Shown one piece after another: positions 41,861-54,742 of a stretch of DNA of 64,000 nucleotides. How positions within the stretch are numbered: the stretch's first letter is position 1; every line of letters starts with the position of its first letter. Origin of the DNA: Callorhinchus milii (taxonomy: Eukaryota); contig NW_024704743.1 of the NCBI RefSeq assembly GCF_018977255.1, positions 4,962,001 to 5,026,000 of the forward strand, given 5' to 3'. The notes under the pieces were generated by a model that did not search any database, was not told the DNA's origin, and saw only the letters and a program-made list of their open reading frames with translations. The position numbers were made by a program, and so were the translations under genes.

Positions 41861-44800
41861 CTAATTTTACACTACTCGGTCAAAATTGAGAGAATACATT
41901 AAAATGCTCCCATATGCGGTGTTAAAATCTATCCCATACTAAGAGGATAAAAGGCTTCCCTTTTAGGATAAATCAAGTGAAATTATTCTTCACCATTTTG
42001 GTCCATTAAGTAGCGAGCCAGAATCCAAAGAACCAACCACTCCATAATTCAGCCCTAATTGATATGTTCAATTTAGGTCAATTAATGTTACAGTAAGTAA
42101 GTAACAAAAAGCACAAACTGTAAATTGGAAGACCAAGGATGCTTAAAGAAATCTTACAGCTGAAATTTGATTTGATGTGTTGAATATGTAACTCACGGTG
42201 TGCCCTGTTTCAGTGATTAATCAAAGATACTTCACCTACAAAGTACACAGTCACTGTATTTTTGCAGTAAATCCTGTGAAGCATTTTGTGATACAACAAC
42301 AGTGTATATTTATATAGTGCTCCTCATGCAGGGTAACATCCCAAAGCACTTTAACATTGGGAGATGTCCTCCGAATGTTAAAGATGATATATCGAATACA
42401 AGGATCGTTAAAGGTTGGGAGCTACTTCTTTTTCTTCCGAAAAGACACAAGTTGCTTCAAGAATATGAAAACTGAGCCTCTGATGCACACACATATATAT
42501 ACATTTTGTTAAATCACTTTAATCTGAGCAAAGCAGATCTCAAAGCTTTCATTTTATTTCAAATCCTTCTTGACCCCTTCCTGACAACTGATCTGTTTAA
42601 AATAAGGTTCCAGATGGCTCAGTCGGCAGTACACTTCCTTCTGAGTCAGAAGAAGAAAGTGAGTTCAAGTCCCACGTCGGGGACTTTGAACTCAAAGTGT
42701 AAACTGACCCTCCAATATAGTCCTGGGCAAGTGCTGCTGTGTCAAAGGTGCTATCCTTTCGATGAGACATCTATCTGTTCAGGTGGACGTTAAAGATCCC
42801 ATGGTGCTATTCAAAAAGAAATGAGAGTTTCTCTTTTTGGCTAATAATCCCCTAATTAAAATTGGTCGCTCACTTCATGGATGTGTGCGAGACATTGCCG
42901 TGCAAAATTCATTGCCACAATGGAGGTCAAGAACAACTTGCATTTATATAATAATAATAACAGAGATCTTTGTCAGAACTACTGAGATGTTAGACAGGAT
43001 GTGAGGGGGATTGGTGACTGTGATTGTGAATAGGAAATTCATTGGGATGTAGGAAGCAGAGTGTTAGACTAAAGGGGATATTGCTTGATTGATGGGCAGT
43101 GACAACTAATATCCCCAGGGCACAAACCTTGGGCCCCAGTTTTTCAGTCTATATATAAATGACCTGGATTTGGGAACCTCAGTAAGTTTGCAGCTGACCC
43201 TAAGCTTAGATGTCATAGTGATTTGTGAAGAAGAGAGCAGAAAATTGTACTTGGGCATAAGGTTGCCAATGGAAATATCTTCTTAACTGTAAAGCACTGG
43301 TAGAGGCAAACATAGAGGGATTTAAGACCTCAGGCAATAGCCTGTAATGGTGTCATTGCTCAGACAGTGGTGGCATCCATTTAGAGATTGATAGTGACCT
43401 CCGAACATCTAAGAACAGGGGCAGAAACAGCAGAGGCCCTAGGTCACCTCATTCTGCTTCTGCGTGGATGAGGTGTTTGACTGAGTCTGTAAATAAAGTC
43501 TAGGCCAGTGGTAGCCAGCCTGTGGCCTGCGAGGTCGTTGTAAGTGACATAAATCTGACATTTTCAACTAAGAAAAGCTTGAGTTGAGTGGGGTATAGAG
43601 AAGTCATGGGGGGAGGGGGCTGGAGTAAGAGGGGCTTAGAGAAAGGTGACCAAAGTTAATTGTGAGGTTGTGCGGAACGATTACAGAACACTGTCATTAA
43701 TAAAAGACAAATATTTAGTTTCTGATTATCTCTTAGTCACTAGTTTACACAGGAATGTAGAGGACCAGAGAAGACAATTGGGCCAAAATAGAATAAAATA
43801 ATAGTAATAATCCTTGAATTTGGTAAAGCGCTTTATCACATCATCAAGACTTCTCAAAGCATTTCACAAGATTTCACCGTGAAGCTCAACAACAACAACA
43901 GTTTATATTTGAATAGCGCCTTTCACATCGGGAGGATGTCCCAAAGCCCTGCACAATCAAGGATATCCACCGGAGCTGGGGGTTGGGATCAGAAGGGGTG
44001 CAGGGCAGGAAGGGTGGGGGTTAGAGGGTGATTAAAGGCGCATTCGAAGAGGAGACGGGTCTCGAAGGAGGGGGAGAGGCGAAGGGACTGTGGGATGGAG
44101 TTCCAAATGGTGACTCTATGCTTTTAGGTGAATATGACAGACAATTTGCACACAGCAATGTCCCACAAACAGCCGTGTGGTGAGTGACCAATTTTATCTG
44201 AGTGATTGTTGGCATCTTGTAGCAATCAATCCTTGCCTTTGCTGAGTCGCTATCTAATTCCCGGCAGCAGAAGTGCAAGATTTGAGAAGCCCGTTTCAGA
44301 GTTAGGGGGTTGATTGAAGTGCAAAATACTGTTCGAGTGATTGAGAGCAAAATATGAAGTGCTCCTGATTACATTTCCTTTTCATTACCGACAACTCGAG
44401 TGTGTATCGAAGAAGCCCTCATTGCTGATGCAAACAAGCTGCAAATTAAAAGCTTAACGTCCCCCATTATTGTTTATTTCGAACCACATCTTCCACCCCG
44501 CCTATGCATACCCATTCCCCCCAGATCCTTTTAAAATACTAGTTCGAATGCTACTTCTCTGATGGGAAGGGGAGGTTGGAATGTCAAATGCTCTTCCCCG
44601 TCACACACCATTGTTCACAAGATTAGTCTGGATGAAGAAGGCCTATCTAATCCCAACCTTCCAGAAATATCCACTCTATTGTCCCCCGTCACAGAATCAA
44701 GGTGTTTTTTTTTTTTTTTTTTAACTCCAGTGTCCCGGACTCTTTCCTGGGATCTCTGTGGAACCTGCAGAGCTACTGACGCAACGGGCTCCCTTTCGAG

Positions 44801-45269
44801 CACAGCTGTGTCAACGCTGGTCTCTTTCACACAGATCACGTAGAGTAGTTGCTAGACAACTTCTACAGCTCTTCAACCTCACTCACCGGTTAGTTAAGTT
44901 AAAAAAAATTGGTATTCCGCTAACTATACGATAAGACTCTTTGCACCTGGTGTAGCGCCTTTCATGCAGGTTTTGGGTTCAAGCCCCATGTCGGGTCTTT
45001 GAGTTGAATTAATTCATTTGGACCTTAAGGATCCCATTCAAAAAGAGCAGGGAGCTTCTCCCAGCGTCCTGGCCAACAATCTCGGAAATAAACTTAGTCA
45101 TTCACTGATGTCGTGACCCTATCACCCACCACCTTCGCCCGGCTCCACTGGCTCCCCATCCCCCAGAGGATACAGTTCAAAATCCTCGTCCTCGCCTTCG
45201 AGGCCCTCCACGGCCTTGCCCCTCCCTACCTCTGCGACTTGCTGACCCCATATCAACCTGGCCGGCTCC

Positions 45270-45542
45270 ACGTCTTCGAGACGTCTCAAAGCGCTTCACA
45301 GAATATACTGTAAAGCGAATTGACTGTATATTTGTGGGGCGAAACACAGCAGACAATTGCGCACAGCAGCGTCCCCACAAACAGTCGTGGATTGAAGTGA
45401 ACAAGTTTATTATTGTTTTTTATGTTTTTTGAAGGAATTATTACCCCCGGAAAAGCAATCCGCAAATTGACTAACAACCAGGTTCCTACTTACTGCTGGG
45501 TAAATAGAGGCGTGTGCTTCAACCACTCAGCTACAGGACTCC
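45270..45542 (-). mobile_element. tRNA-derived SINE with an internal deletion, abutting a + strand L2 fragment (45113-45265)
   Basis: Reverse consensus. The adjacent peptide LHWLPIPQRIQFKILVL is L2 ORF2. Confidence 0.85.
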
Positions 45543-48500
45543 AAATCCCTCCGCCTTGAGGTTGCACGTGAAGACCTTCTTTTTCGATCGTGTTTACGTT
45601 CACATTCCCCTCTCCCTCCGTCTTGGCATCAGGCTCTGACACTGTCAAGCGCTCTGGGACACTTGCACGAGGGGCGCTATATAAATGCAAGTCGTTGTTG
45701 GTTGTAATAATAGCATCCACTTATGGACCTTCGGAAAGATAACACCCTGTGATAAACAAAGTGCCTTTTGGTCATCTTTTCCCTCCCCACCCTCTGTGGC
45801 TCCCACGCCAGCTCGGGTGCCCAGCTTGCAGTGTCAAGCGCTTTGAGACGTCCTGTATCGTATGGTTATTGTACAACCAGTGACTATTGGTCCTGATGGC
45901 ATGGTTTGTCTTTGGATGAGAGGAACAAGCTTGCAGTTCTCTTGCGCCTATAATGTTTCAAAGTGCTTCACAGGTAATTGCTGTCAAGCATAATGACTTT
46001 CTGTATCCAGCAATGATAATGATAATGAGAATCGATTTGGCCTCTGCTCAAAAAAAACGTCTTTATGGGATTGTTTTTTAAATGAGATTAAAAAGTTATT
46101 CTCACCGTAAACTCTTAGACTAGGCAGAGATGCTCTGACCACACGAGTCTGTGTTTGCACAGAAGTCTGTTTGGCTTCCAGCGAAAGCATTCAGGGTCGA
46201 CTGAACCCAGTTTCATGCTCCCGACCCCTCTGCTGCAAGGACAGATAAATGGCTGTCTGTAAGGATGTAAAACCATATGTTAGAGTCCTCTGTGTAACAT
46301 TAGAGTTCCTTCCCTCTCCCCAGTCAGCCCTAAAACTGACTTAATTGTATTTAAAAACCTTCTTTAACGCTTTGCCTTCAGCACTTCAAGACATAGGCTT
46401 AGAGTTGTTAAAAGGCAATTTCAGAACAGGTACCAGAAAGTTTGTCTTTAGTCACAGGGTAATCGATGACTGAAACAGGTTGCTAGCAAAAGTGGTAGAG
46501 GCCAGGACACTGGACTTATTTAAGTCCTTCTGTATCAAAACCAATTTTGTGATCGTGTGAAGGGGTTATGTAAATGCAAGTGGCTTTTGTTGACTTCACC
46601 AGGGATTTTAGATTGCAGTTTTTTTTCACTCCCTTTGGGAAAATGATTAAACTCATGCACCGTGATGCTAGATTTGAGCTTCTACCTCTGATCACGCTCC
46701 AGTGCAGTACTGGGTGGAGGCATCGTTCTTCAGATGAAACTGTTGGATACTCATTAAGACAATAAGGACCAATTGACTAGGACCAATGGAAGGGGATCAG
46801 GAGGTAGAAAAGCAGCAAGTAGGGAAAACTGAGTAAAGGTTTTTTTTTTGGTTAGAGTGTTTTGGATTTGTAACTTCTGAGTTGAAACAAGAGTGTTCTA
46901 CACATTATTTGTTGAGAGCATAACAGAAACGTTAAACCAAGGACCTGTTCAGATGCACATGAAAGATCTCATGAAACTACTCGAAAAGAGAAGGGAGTTT
47001 CTCCCGGTGTCCTGACCAACAATCTCCCGATAAAATTAATCAGTCGCTTTGGGTATTTGCTGGCACAAATGGTTGTCGCACTTGTTTGCAGAAAAACTCC
47101 CACTAAACGTGGCAGGGTTTTATTCTCTGAAGTGCTCCGAGACACTACCCCGTGTGAAGGTTGCTATTATATAACCTACATTGTTCTTGTTGAAGCACGT
47201 TTTGACCTGACAAGACGTTATAAAAATACAACTTATTTTGTTCCTCAAAAGACAAGCCAGAAAGAGCTTTCTAAATTTGTAGGCTGCAAACCATGTTCAT
47301 GGGCTCGAACCAACACACTCACAAACTGTGCAGCATACACAACAACAACACATCAAGCCCCCTGCATTACTGTAGCGTTGCCAGCCCAGGGATTCTATCC
47401 GTGACAATCGTCTGTAATAATAATAATAATAATCCTTGAATTTGATAATAGCACCTAACCGATACGCTAGAGGACTCTACTGTGGAATCTATCCCAGTTT
47501 ACTGCTGACCACAAGTTCTACCTGCAGTTCACTTCTAATGCTTAAATCTAGAGATCTAGAAAGCTGATGGCGTTTTAAACTAAAAATATATTCCATTATC
47601 TTTGTCCAAGTATAGATAATTCATCTTCAAACTGAATAATTTCTGCTTCTTAGATATGCCGTAATGCATTTACCCTGGATGATTTCCATGGTCATCTCTT
47701 TAACCCACATTTCACCAATGTTGGTCAAAGATTTCAGCTCCCGTCTCCACTTCAAGGCCTCTACCTTCACCCATAAATTGTTTCATGCCCTAGGACCTCC
47801 CCATCGCTCTGATCTTCTCCTACCCCACTCTCCTGCTCACCCCTTCCCTTGTTCTCCCCATCACCATGCCACCACTGGTATGCAAGCCTTCAGCAACCAC
47901 AGCTCTCACCTCTGGAACCCCAACTCTCTCATCCCCACCCCCTCAAAGTGTATTTAGTAGACGAATGCTGTAGCCAATTTGCACACAATAATGTCCCACA
48001 AACAGTCGTGAAGTGAATGACCAGTTTCATCTGGGGGATGTTGATCAGGGCATTGGGAGAAACTCCCTTCTCTTTTCAAATAGTGCTGTGAGGATATGAA
48101 TTTAGGAGAGACTTGGAGGGAGAGAGGATATAAGGCAAACAGATTTTTACGAGAGATTTCCCGGGACAGAGTGACTGAGGATGTTGTTACTAATGTCAGA
48201 AGGAGGGAGTGAGGAATAAACAAGTTAACTGGGAGATTGCTCTAAGATTAACTGGGAGATTACTAAGAAATTACTAAAACTGTGAATAAAAAATGGTGCT
48301 CCAAGTTTTTTGTTGGTCGGACGGTTGTCTACCGGCCGACCAACAAAAATCTTGGAGCACCATTTTTTTCAATTCACCTTACAGTATATTCTGCGAAGCG
48401 CTTTGAGACGTCTCCTTATTCACGACCACCTTATTTACCCGTTAGGGCTTTGGCTTGCAGGGTTAATAGGAACCAAGTGCTTCCCTCCACCCACCCAGTA

Positions 48501-50019
48501 ACTCGTCTGTCCCCGGCAGACGTGCTGACACAGGCTAGCTGGTCTGTCATCGGCAGGGAACAAATGCCTAAGAGTACTGCAGACTCAGAAGGTCACAGAC
48601 TGAATCCCCGTGCTGTCCTTGTTAGCTCAACTCAGCTGGGAGAGCAGTTGGCTTTAGAGCTGTGGGCTACAAATTGACTGCATATCTTGTGGGCGAAACA
48701 CAGAAGCCAATTGCACACAGAGGTGTCCCACAAACAGTCGTGGATTGAGTGACCAATTAAAACATTTTTTTGAAGGGATTATTACCCACGGAAAATCAAT
48801 CCGCTAATCGTACAAAGGATTATCCTTGCATTTGATATAACCCCTCATCATCGTTGAGATGTCTCAAAGTTCCTCCCAGAATAGAGTGGATTGACTATGT
48901 ATTCTGTGGGCCAAATGCAGCAATCAATTGCGCACAGCAGTGTCCCACCAACAGTTGTGGATTGAGTGACCAAATTGTTCTTTTGGAGGGATTATTACCC
49001 TCGGAAAGCGATCTGCGAACCAACTAACAACCGGGTTCCTGTTTACTGGTAGGTAAACAGAGGCGTGCGGTGTAAGGAAACTTGCCTAAAGTTTCGCCTT
49101 GCCCGGAAATTGAACTCGGATCCTCTTGCTTGCAAGGCAAGGATCCGCATTGAGTTTTTATTTTTATTTTGGGTGGAATGTTGTCCAGGACATCGGGAGA
49201 AAGTCCCTTCTCTTTTCGAAGCGTGCCGTGGGATCCTTAACATCCACCCGGATCCCAGTCTGGACCACAATGGGGATAAAATTTAATCCAAATCTAGATT
49301 TCTAGGTTTATGAGGCGTTTCTGGGTTGATTCCATTTAAGTATCATTTTAGGGTGTCCAGAATTTGGCAAATTGTTGAATTCGGTCTTAACTCAGAAGCC
49401 CGTTTCACCCACAACCTTACGGTATATCCTGTGAAGCACTTTGCGACCTCTCAACGATATAAGGCGCCATATCAAATGGAAGAATTATTAATGTTTACAG
49501 TGTCCAGAATTTCTGAAATTCTTTAACACAGCCTGAATTTTGTGAGCTATTTTTCTGAACGTTTCTCTCAAGGATTTACAGAAAACAGGCTTCTGAGAAG
49601 AGTACAGACCAAATTCAACATTTTCTCAAATTTTAGACCTCCTAAAATGAGACATAAATGGAGTCAATCTAGATCCGGGTGCGAAGGCTCCTCAGAATTA
49701 TAAACTTCGTGTAGACGAATAACATCTTCCTTACTTCGTGGTATTTAAATCCACAGAAAGAAGCAGAATAGCTCTCAGAGATTTAACGCCGCGGCAGTAA
49801 AAGAGAGGTTAAAAGGAATGTTATTACGTATCATTTGGATAATGTCATTTGCCACAGGCAGCCTCCTGAGGTCTGCGGGTCATGTAAACACAGTGGAGGC
49901 TTGAAATTCGACTTGAATGTCTCCTATTTAACACCACCTTTGAGCTTCCAGAACTGCAGGGTAAAAACACAGCATGAGGAAAGCTTCTTACATGGGAACG
50001 CAGGAACAGGAATAGGTTT

Positions 50020-50750
50020 TCAGCCCCTTGAGCTTGTTCCGTCATTCTATCACATCGTGGCTGATCTGTACTTCAACTCTATTTACCCGCTTTTCCTCCA
50101 TATCCCTTGATACCCTGACCTAACAAAAATCTATCCACCTATGCCTTGTAAATTTTAGATAGTCACAGATTTCCACTACACTTTGGGTGAAAAACTGCCT
50201 CCTAATTTCGCTCCTAAATGGCATAGCTCTAATTTTAAGATTATGCCCCTATGTTCTGGATTTCTCCACCAGAGGAAATAGTTTTTCTGTATCTACCCTA
50301 TCGAATCCCTTTATCGTTTTAAACACCTTACAAGATCACAACAGCAACAACAACTTACATTTGTAGAGCGCCCTTCACATAGAGTAATCAACTGAAAACA
50401 AACACCCTAAAGTCCTCCTGTCTCACAGCACGAGCACATATTTTAAATGTGTCCCAGCCTCAATCACCCCTCCTGACAACCTATTCCAATCATTAATTAC
50501 CCTCTGGGTAAAGAAATGTCTCTGAGTATCTGTTTTGAAATTGCCCTTCGCAACTCTGAACCTATGTCCTCTTGTTCCACTGTCTTGGTGCATCCTAAAG
50601 GATTGTTCTGGGTTTACTTTTTCGATCCCATTTAAAATGTTACACACACCTATCCGAGGTCCTATTCTGAGACATCTTCTTTCAAGACTGAAAAGAGCCC
50701 TAGATTTTCAATTTAATGCTCATAGCTCATTCCTCTAACACTGGGCATCA
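50020..50750 (-). mobile_element. Two CR1 3' fragments
   Basis: Minus-strand peptide ILNGIEKVNPEQ..TRGHRFRV..RHFFTQRVINDWNRL (50423-50647), plus a second CR1-like stretch at 50020-50335. Confidence 0.8.
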
Positions 50751-50769
50751 TGACCGTTTCTCTCCAACA

Positions 50770-50925
50770 AAAATAGAAGTCACTGGGAACGCTCAGCAGG
50801 TCTGGCAGTATCTATGGAGAAAGGAAAGTGAGTCAAAGTTTCGTTCCCCGACCCTTCGGCAGACCCGAAACGTTGACTCACTTTTCTTTCTCCATAGATG
50901 CTGCCTGACCTTCTGAATATTTTGC
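50770..50925. mobile_element. Palindromic Penelope-like terminal-repeat remnant
   Basis: 51-bp inverted arms at 50793-50843 and 50866-50916. The sequence resembles the chondrichthyan cgaaacgttaactc...agatgctgcctgacctgctgag repeat. A related decayed copy is at ~23222-23335. Confidence 0.6.
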
Positions 50926-51592
50926 AATTTACGATTGTTTCTCTCCTCCGAACTGAGCTGATTTGAGTTGGTACTGTATTATCGTGAATGAGAAACTTCA
51001 AATAAAGATACGAGTATGGGTCATTGACCATTTCATCACACAGAAGGTTGGGACCATGTGATAAACCACTGCCTCAGAAGGTTATATAGGCTCAAATCAA
51101 ATCTGGGTTCGATTCCCGGTCAGGGCAAAACCTTAGGCAAGTTTCCTTACTCTGTTTACCCAGCAATAAGTTGGAACCCGGTTGTTAATCGATTGGTGGC
51201 CCACTTTCCCGGGGGTAATAATCCCTTCAGAAAAGATACGCTCACTCAATCCACGACTGTTTGTGGGATACTGCTGGGTGCAATTGGCTGCCAGCAAAAT
51301 ACACAGTCAATCTACTTTACAGTATATTCTGTGAAGCGCTTTGAGACATCTCGAAGCAATGATAAGGCGTTATATCAAATGCAAGGATTATTATTGTTAT
51401 TTATTATTATAAAAGTGATATAGATATTTGGTAATTTAGGAAAAAATAACTAAATTGATCCTTACATTTGCCGTAGCACTTTTCACGTTGGGAGGATTTA
51501 CTGCAAAGTGTAGTAACTGTGTATTTTATCGAAGATTGGTGTTCTTTTTATAAAAATAGATCAATAATTGATTTTTTTTTCTTTGGTTCCAG

Positions 51593-51700
51593 GTTGCCAT
51601 GGTACCTGGGCCAACCTTTCCTGCTGGTTGCCGGCCAAGGTTGGAGAAACCGTCACCGTTCACTGTCCAAAACTATTCAGACACTTCAGCGACAAAATAG
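51593..51700 (+). CDS. Class B1 GPCR coding exon 3: (G)[35 protein letters not shown](G)
   Basis: Poly-T tract plus ccag acceptor, 108 bp, phase 1 to 1, donor TAG|gtcttt. It carries the hormone-receptor-domain signature C-x3-W-[D]-x3-C-W...G-x-x-V-x-V-x-C-P. Confidence 0.95.
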   Translation, partial: VAMVPGPTFPAGCRPRLEKPSPFTVQNYSDTSATK

Positions 51701-54204
51701 GTCTTTGTACTTTTTAACTGTTTGTTTGGGGAAATGCAATGGCTCTCAATGGACTTGCAGTATTCTCGATGTTTTACATTTTACGTTGCAAATGTTCCCG
51801 TCTTTGCTAGTTTGGGGTCAAAACATCAAGGTGGCTGGCAGGTCATAAGCTATGCTGAAACCTGAAATGTTGGACTCCACCTTCAGTTCGATGCTGTGAT
51901 GGGGGGAACAACAACAACAAATTACACGTGTATAGCGCCTTTCGCCTCGGGAGGACGTCCCAAGGCGCTGGAGAGTCAGGGATTTGGATCCGAGGTGGAA
52001 TCAGAAGGGGTTGGGGGTTGGCAAGATGTCTGCTCGCAGAACCTTTCCATTGGCTTTGGAGTTTACCGTGACTCAGATATCGGGTGGAACGGGGGAATGT
52101 TAAATTATTTTAACAATGCCTTGGGATGTCAGCGCTTTCAGGATGTCCTCCTGACATGAAAGGCGCTACACAAATGTAATGTGTTGTTGTTAAAACATAT
52201 TTTAACCTCGTTTTTTAACTAAGGAACAAAATGATTTTAGGAAGGCTATCATGTTGACCCTTTTCACTTTATATGAGATTAGCTGTACCCGTTTGCAGCT
52301 TCACTTGGAACCAAACGATCCATTATAGAATGTGGATTGACACACAGATAGACACACTTACTTATCCTTGTAAGGTTTGATTTAGGCATCTTTATAATGA
52401 TAAATATACATGTATAGTTTATAATCACTGGGACGTCCTCCCGATGTGAAAGGCACTTTAAAAATCTAATTTTTTTGTTGTTGCCGTGGCTTAGCTTAGC
52501 TATATTTTAGGGCATAACTCATGAACGATGCCCCAAATCAAATATGCCCATGTCACTCCCAGTTGCAAGACCTTTCTGATGAGGTATATAGCATGTCTTT
52601 ACGTCAATCGGTTATTGACAGCCTTCTTGAAGCGCAGACAGATAGATAGACATTGTTGTTTTATTAGTATAGAAGATTGAAGAAGAAGAAGGAGAAGAAG
52701 AAGATGGATATAGAAGAAGGAGCGGGGCGGGCTGAATGAAGGGAAGGTGTCACGCCTCCAGTAGTTAGGGCTGGTTAGGTAAACTAGAAATATTAATCAC
52801 CTTTGCCTTTGTTACTGCGCCATTCACGTTGGCAGATCATCTAAAAGACTTCATGGGATTTACACTACAGTGTAGTAACTGTCTGTTATGTAAGCCAACT
52901 TGGGGCACAAAAATTGTCCCACAATCAACCATGAAGTGTATGCCCACTTCACGTGGAATTTTTAGCATCCACCTGAACCAACAGACGGGATTTGGGTTTA
53001 ACAACTCATCCAAAGGACTGTACGTCTGACGATGCAGCACTTTTAACCCCCATTTCCCAACCTCAAACATGTGAGTTGCGAACCAAATTTTTTGTCTGTT
53101 GTTTAACAGCCCTGTTCAAAAGGTTAAAACAACTGATTTAATACTGTTTGAGTTAGACTGCGAATTTAGTAACACACACACCGTAAATCACCACCGCGCT
53201 GTGAATAGTCTGATGTTTTAAAGGGGCAGCATCTCCCTGAGAAAGGGCCTGGTCAACCTTCCCTTTTATTTATAAACCCACCACGCAATGTTTTATAGTA
53301 ACTGAAACTTCACTCCTTCATTGCGACGTAGCGATGCAGTTTGATGCACTCGCCATGCGATAAATATATCACCCAACATTTTCTTCCCCTTTAATAATAT
53401 CTTCTTTTTTAAAACAAAAAGAAACTCTTAAAACCTACGTAAAACTACCTGGAGGCTTAGAGGGCTGTTCTGCAAATAAAAAGGCGTCTGGGTCAGAATA
53501 TCAGCCATTTTGATTTGTCTAAAGATCGGTGCTTTAAATGTTGTGAGGTTTTATGACTCTTCCACTGAAACTTGGCCCTAGTTCTGATGCCATTTATGGA
53601 TCAGTTCCAAAAACACTGTTTAACAGAACTTTGCTTCACTTACAGAGGTTGTCAAGTGCAAAAGACAATTGCCAAAGCTTTTTCATTGTTTTAGCACTGG
53701 ACCATTTGTGTTTTTTTTCTTCTCTTACAAGTATTTGCCTGTCCGTTATAATCACTTTATCTTTTTTTTGTTGGGTAAATTGAATGTGTCCAATTATAAT
53801 GTTTTCAGACATTCGGCGATGTGATAAGTTGCTATATTATTACATTATATTAGATAAAGTTGACGCTTACGATTTAAGTTAAAGTCCTGTGGGAACAGTA
53901 GCCATGAAAGTTCTCTCAAAGTTTAAAGCATGTAGCGTTTGACCCACATGGAGTACAAGCAGCTGCATGGATCAGTTGGGCCGATTGAACTATTTCCGTG
54001 CTGTACAATCTTCTTACATAGAACGCTGAAAGAGAGAAGGATTTCAAGATGTGTGTGGTAGACATCTAGCAATGCTTCGCTCTTTCAGTCAGTCACCCCT
54101 CAGCTCCCCTCACCCCTAGCTCGGGCTTCCTGTCGGCTCTGTGATGTGCTTTGAGATGTCCTCCCGCTGAGAAAGGCACTTTATAAATGTAATATTGTAT
54201 TAGT

Positions 54205-54592
54205 GGTGTCCAGTAGCATAGTGGTTAGCGGACTTGCCTCACAAATGAGAGGACCCGAGTTCAATTCCCGGGTGGGGCAAAAACCTTATGCAAGTTTTCT
54301 TACTCCACACGCCTCTGTTTACCTAGCAAGAAGCAGAAACCCAGTTGTTAGTCTATTGGGGGATTGCTTTCCAGGGGTAATAGTCCCTCCAATTTTTTTA
54401 TATATATTTAATTTGGTCACTCAATTCGCAACTGTTTGTGGGACACTGCTGTGCCCAATTGGCTTCCGGGTTTCACCCATAAAATACACAGTCAATTTAC
54501 TTTAGAGTATATTCTGTGAAGCGCTTTGAGACTGATCGACAACATGATAAGGCGCTATATTAAATGCAAGGATTATTATTGTTGTTGTTGTT
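54205..54592 (+). mobile_element. tRNA-derived SINE ending ~60 bp before exon 4
   Basis: Match to the family consensus. Confidence 0.85.
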
Positions 54593-54653
54593 GCTGTTAC
54601 GACCGGTTGTAGGCAACTGACCAATTGTGGAATCCTTCATCTTTCTGTTAAAG

Positions 54654-54742
54654 GAAATGTCAGCAAGAACTGTACCGCTATGGGCTGGTCGGAATCTTTC
54701 CCAGCGTACGATATCGCCTGTGGATATGAAGAAATTATAGTG
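54654..54742 (+). CDS. Class B1 GPCR coding exon 4: (G)NVSKNCTAMGWSESFPAYDIACGYEEIIV
   Basis: Acceptor ctttctgttaaag, donor GTG|gtaagc, 89 bp, phase 1 to 0. The motif K-N-C-T-x-x-G-W-S-E-x-F-P...A-C-G-Y matches VIPR2 [25 protein letters not shown]. Confidence 0.95.

Noticed and set aside
51519..51848. 109-aa ORF overlapping exon 3
   Set aside because: Wrong frame. The conserved receptor motif is in another frame bounded by splice sites.
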